Source: an uncultured Gemmatimonadales bacterium (GTDB lineage Bacteria > Gemmatimonadota > Gemmatimonadetes > Gemmatimonadales > GWC2-71-9). Taken from it: a stretch of DNA of 64,000 bases. Position 1 is the stretch's first letter, and every line of letters begins with the position of its first letter. The notes under the pieces were generated by a model. The model searched no databases, had not been told where the DNA came from, and saw nothing but the letters and a program-made list of their open reading frames with translations. This document shows, one piece after another, positions 58,446-64,000 of the stretch. Both the position numbers and the translations under genes were made by a program. The DNA is taken from assembly GCA_963828735.1 (NCBI GenBank), contig CAWHFW010000005.1, positions 1,664,001 to 1,728,000 on the forward strand. Direction: 5' to 3'.

Positions 58446-59834
58446 ATGACCGGTCGGGCCATAGGAGCGTACGTCTCGGCGCCGCTCACGCTGGCGGACG
58501 CCGCGCTGTTCACCGATCTCTATGAGCTCACGATGGCCGCCGCTTTCCTTCGCGAGAATGTGTCGGGCACGGCGACCTTCAGTCTGTTCGTGCGCCGGCT
58601 GCCGGCCGAGCGCGGGTTCCTGGTCGCCGCCGGGCTCGAGGACGCGCTCGAATATCTCCACGCGTTCAGGTTCTCCAGCGCGGCGATCGACTACCTCTTC
58701 TCCCTCGGCCGGTTCGAGGCCGCGTTCCTGGACCAGCTTCCGAGCCTTCGGTTCACCGGCGACGTGCGCGCCGTGGCCGAAGGCACCGTCCTGTTCGCCG
58801 ATGAGCCCCTGCTCGAGGTCACCGGTCCGATCCTCGAGGCGCAGCTCGTGGAGACCGCGCTGCTCAATCTGCTTCACGTCCAGACCGTGCTCGCGAGCAA
58901 GGCGGCGCGGTCGGTGCTGGCGGCCGGTGGCCGGACGCTGGCGGAATTCGGACTGCGCCGGAGCCACGGCACCGACGCGGGCATGAAGGCCGCGCGCGCG
59001 GCCGTCCTCGCGGGTTTCGATTCGACCAGCAACGTGCTCGCCGGGCGAACCTGGGGTGTGCCGCTGTCGGGTACCATGGCCCACTCGTTCGTGACGGCCT
59101 TTCCCCGGGAAGGTGAGGCGTTCCGCGCCTACGCGCGCGCGTTTCCCGACGCCGCCGTGCTGCTGCTCGACACGTACGACACGCTGGCGGCGGCCCGCGA
59201 GGCGGTCGCGGTCGCTCGCGAGCTCGCCGCGGACGGCCACCGGCTCGCGGGCGTCCGGCTCGACAGCGGGGACTTGGGCACGCTGAGCCGCGAGGTGCGC
59301 GCGATCCTCGACGTCGGCGGGTGTCGCGACGTGAAGATCCTGGTGAGCGGCGGGCTCGACGAGCACGACATCGCCGGGCTGCTCGAGGGCGGCGCGCCGA
59401 TCGACGGCTTCGGCATCGGTACCCGGCTCACCACGTCGGCGGATGCGCCGTCGCTCGACCTCGTGTACAAGCTGGTGCGGTTCGGGGAGCGCGACGTGCT
59501 CAAGCTGAGCCCGGGGAAGGGAACGTGGGTCGGCGCCAAGCAGGTGATCCGCCACGTCGGCACCGACGGTCGGATGGGTGGAGACACGCTGGCGCTGGCG
59601 GAGGAGCCGATCGGGCGGGACATGGTCGGGTTGCTCGAGCCGGTGATGCGCGGCGGTGAGCTGCTGCGCGCGCACCCGACCCTCGCGGACATCCGTGGAC
59701 GCTGCGCGGCGCAGCTCGCGATGCTGCCGGACGGGGTACGACGCCTGACGGAGCCGGATGTGTACCCCGTCACGCCGAGCCAGCGGCTTCGGGAGCGACA
59801 GCGGGCGGCGGAGCAGGCGATCGGACGGCGGTGA
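58446..59834 (+). CDS. pncB: Nicotinate phosphoribosyltransferase
   Basis: LFTDLYELTM, EFGLRR, GTMAHS, LLDTYD, VRLDSGD, SGGLDE and VYKL. Confidence 0.95.
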   Translation: MTGRAIGAYVSAPLTLADAALFTDLYELTMAAAFLRENVSGTATFSLFVRRLPAERGFLVAAGLEDALEYLHAFRFSSAAIDYLFSLGRFEAAFLDQLPSLRFTGDVRAVAEGTVLFADEPLLEVTGPILEAQLVETALLNLLHVQTVLASKAARSVLAAGGRTLAEFGLRRSHGTDAGMKAARAAVLAGFDSTSNVLAGRTWGVPLSGTMAHSFVTAFPREGEAFRAYARAFPDAAVLLLDTYDTLAAAREAVAVARELAADGHRLAGVRLDSGDLGTLSREVRAILDVGGCRDVKILVSGGLDEHDIAGLLEGGAPIDGFGIGTRLTTSADAPSLDLVYKLVRFGERDVLKLSPGKGTWVGAKQVIRHVGTDGRMGGDTLALAEEPIGRDMVGLLEPVMRGGELLRAHPTLADIRGRCAAQLAMLPDGVRRLTEPDVYPVTPSQRLRERQRAAEQAIGRR

Positions 59835-59879
59835 CGTGGGCTCGGCCGTCCTCGACCGAGCCCGTCCTTCCTTGTCGGC

Positions 59880-62528
59880 TCAGAACGTCGCCGTGATGCC
59901 TCCGAGGACCCGCCGGCCGATCACACTTCCGCCGTAGAGCTGAAACCGCTTCTCGTCGAACAGGTTCGTTGCGGTCGCGTGAATCCGGACATAGTTGTTG
60001 AACCGGTAGCCGGCGCTCACGTTCACGAACTCGTTCGAGGGCACGTAGCCCTGAAACAGGCCCGCTGCCCACTGGTAGCCGTCCACGAGCCGCACCGTCA
60101 CGTTCCCGTCGATGCCCTGCTGCCCGGCGTAGGTCAGCGAGAAGGTGGCCTTCTTGCTCGGCGTGTTGGGAAGCAGCTGGTCGCCCACCTGCTGCGAGTT
60201 CACCGTGAAGTCGAACCCGGTGAACGATGCGTCGCCGCGGATCTCGGGTGTGAACTGATACCCCACGCCGAGCTCGAAGCCCCGCTCGGTCACGCTGCCG
60301 GCGTTGGTGTACGACAGCACGAGCGCGCGGCTCCCGTCGGGCAGGGTGGCGAGCGCGTTGGCGCCCTGGATCTGCGTACCCGCGCCGAGCTGCGCATAGC
60401 CACCGAGCAACACGGGGATCGGCGCGCGGAGCGCCGCCGCCTGCTGGGCGCTGATCGCGCCCTGCGACTGCAGGAACTGGATGCGCTGATCGATCGCCGT
60501 GAGCTCGGCGGACACATCCACGCCATCCGTGAGCGCGAACGCCGGATAGGCCGGGTTCACGCCGGGCAGGAGATCGGTGACGAAGTCCTTCAGCTCGTTG
60601 AGGTAGAAGTCGGCGGTGACGTACGCCTTGTTCGACAGGCTGCCCTTGTAGCCGAACTCCCACCCGGTCACCTTCTCGACTTTGAGATCCGCGTTGCCCA
60701 GCGCCAGCGCCGGGGTCGCCGCCGAGAAGTTCCACGGCAGGTCGTCGGTGATCGTGAGGCCGGCGAGCGCCGCCGCCGGCAGGTTCTGCCGCAGGGCGGC
60801 GTAGTAGTTCTGGATGCCGCCCTCGAGCGTGGCGGGGCTCGCGCTCGGCGCCGCTACCGGCACCTGCAGAAAGAACTCCGAGTAGTTCGGCGTCTGGAAC
60901 GCGCGATTCACCGAGACGCGGAACGAGTGATTCTCGCTCGGGCTGTAGACCAGCGCCGCCTTGGGCGAGAACTGGGTGTCGAACAGGTCGCCGTCGTCGA
61001 CCCGGCCCGCGACCACCGCGCGGAGCTCCGGCAGCAGCTTGTACTCGACCTGGCCGTAGACCGAGCCGGTGTTGTCGCTCCGGTCGTCGTTGGCCGGGTT
61101 CATGAGCGTCCCGTTCGTGTTCACGCGCGTGTTCCGGAACGACGCGCCGCCCACCACGCGGCCGCGCTCCTGCATGAAGTTCCAGTTGGTCTGGCCCTCG
61201 AGGTGGAAGATGTCGCTCCGCTCCTCGATATCGAGGCCGGACTGGAGCGAGACCTGCGGATCGATCGAGGTGCGGCTGTTCCAGTAGGCGAAGACGTTGT
61301 AGCGGTCCGCCGCCATCGCGATCCGGGCGTAGGGCTTGATGGCCTTGGCCACCTGGACGCGGCCGATGCCGGTCACGAAAATCTCGTTCTGCACCTGGGA
61401 CGCGCCCCCGTCCACCGAGAGAACGGAGCCGTTGTCGAGGTAGTAGTCGAGCCGGCCGGACCCGTACGCGTTCTTGAGCGGGTCGCGGTCGCCCAGGGCC
61501 TCGCCACTCACGGGATCGGGCGTCTGGCCGAACAGCGCGCGCGCCTCGCGGGTGAGCCCGACCGACTCGTCCGTGGCGTCGGCGTACTCGCGCTGGAGCG
61601 ACGTCCCGTCGTTCAGTGTCCGGCTGCGCGAGTACGTGTCGCTCCGGTTGTACCCCGCGTTGAAGCGGAAGCCCAGTCGGTCGTTGGCGAAGACACTGGC
61701 GTGGCGGAGGTCTCCGCGGAAGGTCTCCAGCTCGCCGCCCGCGAGGGTGAGCTTGGTGCCGAGCACCTCGCGCGCCGTCGGCGTCGTGATGTTGATGACG
61801 CCGCTGAAGGCGTTGGCGCCGTAGAGCGCCGAGCCCGGCCCGCGCACCATCTCGACCTTACCCAGGTCCTCGAGCGGCTGCGTCATCCCGTTCCACTCCT
61901 GGGAGCCGAGGAACGCGATGGCCAGGTCGCGTCCATCCTGCAGCACGAGCACCCGGCGGTTGAGCGACGAGTTGAAGCCGCGCGCGTTCACGTTGAAGTC
62001 GTTGACGCCGCTCTGCACCACGTCCACGCCCGGCACGGTCTGCAGCGCCATGGGGGCCTGGCCGGTGATCGAGGTGTTCTGGAGCACCTCCGGCGGCACC
62101 ACCGACACCGCCGCCGGCGCCTCGACGATGCGCTCCGGCGCGCGCGAGGCACCCTCGACCACGATCTCGCTCAGCGCGATGGTCACCTGCTCCATGGCCG
62201 CATCGGCGGTCACCGTGCCGCCCGCCTGCACCAGCACGCTCACCTGGTCTGGCTTGTAGCCGAGCCAGCGGAAGACGATCGTCTGCGGCCCGGCGGGCAC
62301 GCGCCGGAGCGTGTATTTGCCGTCCGCGGCGGTCACGGTGCTCTGGCCGGTCGCCTGGACCGTCACCGACACGCTGCTCAGCGCGGCGGTCTCGCCGCTT
62401 CGGGTCACGGTGCCGGTGACGGTCCCGGTCTCCTGGGCGGCCGCGATGGCGGGAGGGACCAGTGCGCCGAAGAGCGCGCAGCAGGATGTGAGGAGGGTGG
62501 ACAACACGGCCGACGAAGCTCGGCGCAT
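59880..62528 (-). CDS. TonB-dependent receptor with N-terminal carboxypeptidase-regulatory-like domain
   Basis: Plug motifs ARGFNS and VEMVRGPGSALYGANAFSGVINI, NLFD, and C-terminal Phe. Confidence 0.95.
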   Translation of the reverse strand: MRRASSAVLSTLLTSCCALFGALVPPAIAAAQETGTVTGTVTRSGETAALSSVSVTVQATGQSTVTAADGKYTLRRVPAGPQTIVFRWLGYKPDQVSVLVQAGGTVTADAAMEQVTIALSEIVVEGASRAPERIVEAPAAVSVVPPEVLQNTSITGQAPMALQTVPGVDVVQSGVNDFNVNARGFNSSLNRRVLVLQDGRDLAIAFLGSQEWNGMTQPLEDLGKVEMVRGPGSALYGANAFSGVINITTPTAREVLGTKLTLAGGELETFRGDLRHASVFANDRLGFRFNAGYNRSDTYSRSRTLNDGTSLQREYADATDESVGLTREARALFGQTPDPVSGEALGDRDPLKNAYGSGRLDYYLDNGSVLSVDGGASQVQNEIFVTGIGRVQVAKAIKPYARIAMAADRYNVFAYWNSRTSIDPQVSLQSGLDIEERSDIFHLEGQTNWNFMQERGRVVGGASFRNTRVNTNGTLMNPANDDRSDNTGSVYGQVEYKLLPELRAVVAGRVDDGDLFDTQFSPKAALVYSPSENHSFRVSVNRAFQTPNYSEFFLQVPVAAPSASPATLEGGIQNYYAALRQNLPAAALAGLTITDDLPWNFSAATPALALGNADLKVEKVTGWEFGYKGSLSNKAYVTADFYLNELKDFVTDLLPGVNPAYPAFALTDGVDVSAELTAIDQRIQFLQSQGAISAQQAAALRAPIPVLLGGYAQLGAGTQIQGANALATLPDGSRALVLSYTNAGSVTERGFELGVGYQFTPEIRGDASFTGFDFTVNSQQVGDQLLPNTPSKKATFSLTYAGQQGIDGNVTVRLVDGYQWAAGLFQGYVPSNEFVNVSAGYRFNNYVRIHATATNLFDEKRFQLYGGSVIGRRVLGGITATF

Positions 62529-62669
62529 ACCGATGGTCCTCGTTGGATGGGTGGTGCGGATGCGCCTGCGCCAGCGGCGCCGCGCGGGAATTGCCTGCGT
62601 ATCGGAGTGAGAGGGGTAGTGAAAGTATATGGCGGGCGGCCCCGAAGCGGAACGGGGCGGCGTCGCAGG

Positions 62670-64000
62670 CTAGGCCCGCGACGCCTCGGCGTCCGTGCGA
62701 CGCGGCCCGCCCGGCGCCGGCCAGCCGAACTGTCCCTCCACGGCGCTCACCTCCGCGGACACGCGCGCGGCGTCCCACCCGAGCTCGGCCGCCATGACCC
62801 GCGCGGCCGCGACCAGCGCCTGCTCACCGGGGTGACCGGCGGCCCCGAGCGCCGTCCGACGAAGCACGCTGTCGCCGAGCGTACGGGCCATCTCGTGTCG
62901 TACCGCGTGCACGACCTCAGCCTCGAGGGTGCCGGATCCGGGGATGATCGCGTCATCCGTCGCCGGCATGAGCTCGACCACCTCGCGATACGCGGAGCCG
63001 TGGTCGCGAGCCAGCCGGGATGCGACCTCCGGCGCGACGCGTGAGGAGAGGGCGCGCACCGCGGCGTCGACGTGTTGCGCCACGTTCGGCACGTCTCCGC
63101 CGTAGAGCGGAGTCTCGGCCGTGCGGCAGGTCGGCGGCTGCGCGCCCCGCTTGCCGAACACCATGTCCACGGTCCGTTCCGCCACCCCGCGCGCGGTCGT
63201 CAGTCGGTTGGCAACGACGGTGATGAGCCCCTCCAGCCGATCCGTGTCCGCATTGTCGATCACGAGCGCCCGCTTGCCGAAGCTCACGTTCGCCTCGCGG
63301 AGCCCGTCGCTCTCGATCGGCAGCAGCCCGGCGTAGACGGCAGCCACATCCGACGCCTCGATCTCATACCACGGCACGGCTTCACCGATCTCGCGGAGGA
63401 ACGTCTCGACCTCCTCGCCGGTCGTTGCCAGGTCGTAGGGATTCCCGCCGTAGATGATGCTGTGGACGCCGATCAGAGTGACGCCGCGCCAGGGGCAGAG
63501 GAACAGGTGGCGGGCCCCGCGGCTGAGCCAGGCGTCGGGATCGCGGTGAACGGTCTGGATGGCGAGGGCCGAGTCCCGGAGCAGCGGTCGCCGGATCACG
63601 AGGGCCATGTCGCGCGATAGCGGCTGGGTGCGGGCTGGACGGAGGCCGGCATCGACGTAAAGCTGCTCCGCGAACGGCCCCGTGGCGTTCACCACGACGC
63701 TCGCGCGCACCTCGAAGCGCTCGCCGCTCAGGCGATCCTCCACCTCCACGCCGAGCACCCGTCCGTCGCGGCGAAGGAGCCCGCGGACCTCACAGTAGTT
63801 GGCGGCGACGGCGCCGGCGCGCACCGCGGAGCGTACGAAGGCCCAGACGAGCCGGGGCGGATGATTGACCTGGCCGTCCCAGAACACGCCCGCGCCATCG
63901 AGCGGCCCCGGGAACCCGGGACACCGCTCGAGGGCGTCGGCGCGAGAGATGAGCCGCGCGGGCGGAATTTGGCGGTCGGGGTCGGGGAGACCGCGGTTGC
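62670..64000 (-). CDS. FAD-dependent glycerol-3-phosphate dehydrogenase/oxidase family (5' part beyond window)
   Basis: DGQV, VVNATGP, YAGLLP and EVVHAVRHEMA..LGD..LRRT. The frame is open to the window edge. Confidence 0.85.
   Translation of the reverse strand, partial: NRGLPDPDRQIPPARLISRADALERCPGFPGPLDGAGVFWDGQVNHPPRLVWAFVRSAVRAGAVAANYCEVRGLLRRDGRVLGVEVEDRLSGERFEVRASVVVNATGPFAEQLYVDAGLRPARTQPLSRDMALVIRRPLLRDSALAIQTVHRDPDAWLSRGARHLFLCPWRGVTLIGVHSIIYGGNPYDLATTGEEVETFLREIGEAVPWYEIEASDVAAVYAGLLPIESDGLREANVSFGKRALVIDNADTDRLEGLITVVANRLTTARGVAERTVDMVFGKRGAQPPTCRTAETPLYGGDVPNVAQHVDAAVRALSSRVAPEVASRLARDHGSAYREVVELMPATDDAIIPGSGTLEAEVVHAVRHEMARTLGDSVLRRTALGAAGHPGEQALVAAARVMAAELGWDAARVSAEVSAVEGQFGWPAPGGPRRTDAEASRA

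Noticed and set aside
59979..63044. 1021-aa plus-strand ORF and similar long alternative ORFs (e.g. 6877-8397, 17679-19493, 41838-43844, 43348-44865)
   Set aside because: These are antisense or off-frame shadows of well-supported genes, expected in high-GC DNA, and they carry no domain motifs.

Overview
High-GC bacterial chromosomal window. Gene content and style suggest Gemmatimonadota, but that is inference. It holds about 58 protein-coding genes, mostly housekeeping, stress, secreted-hydrolase and envelope functions: three trypsin/HtrA proteases, M1 and M28 peptidases, fused trehalose synthase/phosphatase, cystathionine gamma-synthase/lyase, rhodanese, PdxH, PncB, a TonB receptor, a GlpD-like oxidoreductase and a large Ig-repeat surface protein. 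I see no rRNA, tRNA, CRISPR array, integrase or transposase. The standout locus (8673-10749) is a three-gene cassette: a Rad52/Sak-like single-strand-annealing protein, an ECF-type sigma factor, and a translationally coupled LexA/UmuD-type S24 autopeptidase that has an intact Ala-Gly site and Ser-Lys dyad but no HTH. It is a candidate DNA-damage-activated sigma/self-cleaving anti-sigma system. Other notable signals are a Cys/Met-rich leader peptide with terminator/antiterminator before the sulfurtransferase, a CxxxC...PPPR uORF heading a porin/metal-type operon, a switch-like structured leader at 56220-56370, a ChrB regulator with a candidate operator but no chrA, a rearranged four-domain multicopper oxidase, and dispersed palindromic repeats. 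All calls come from reading motifs by eye, and no searches were run.
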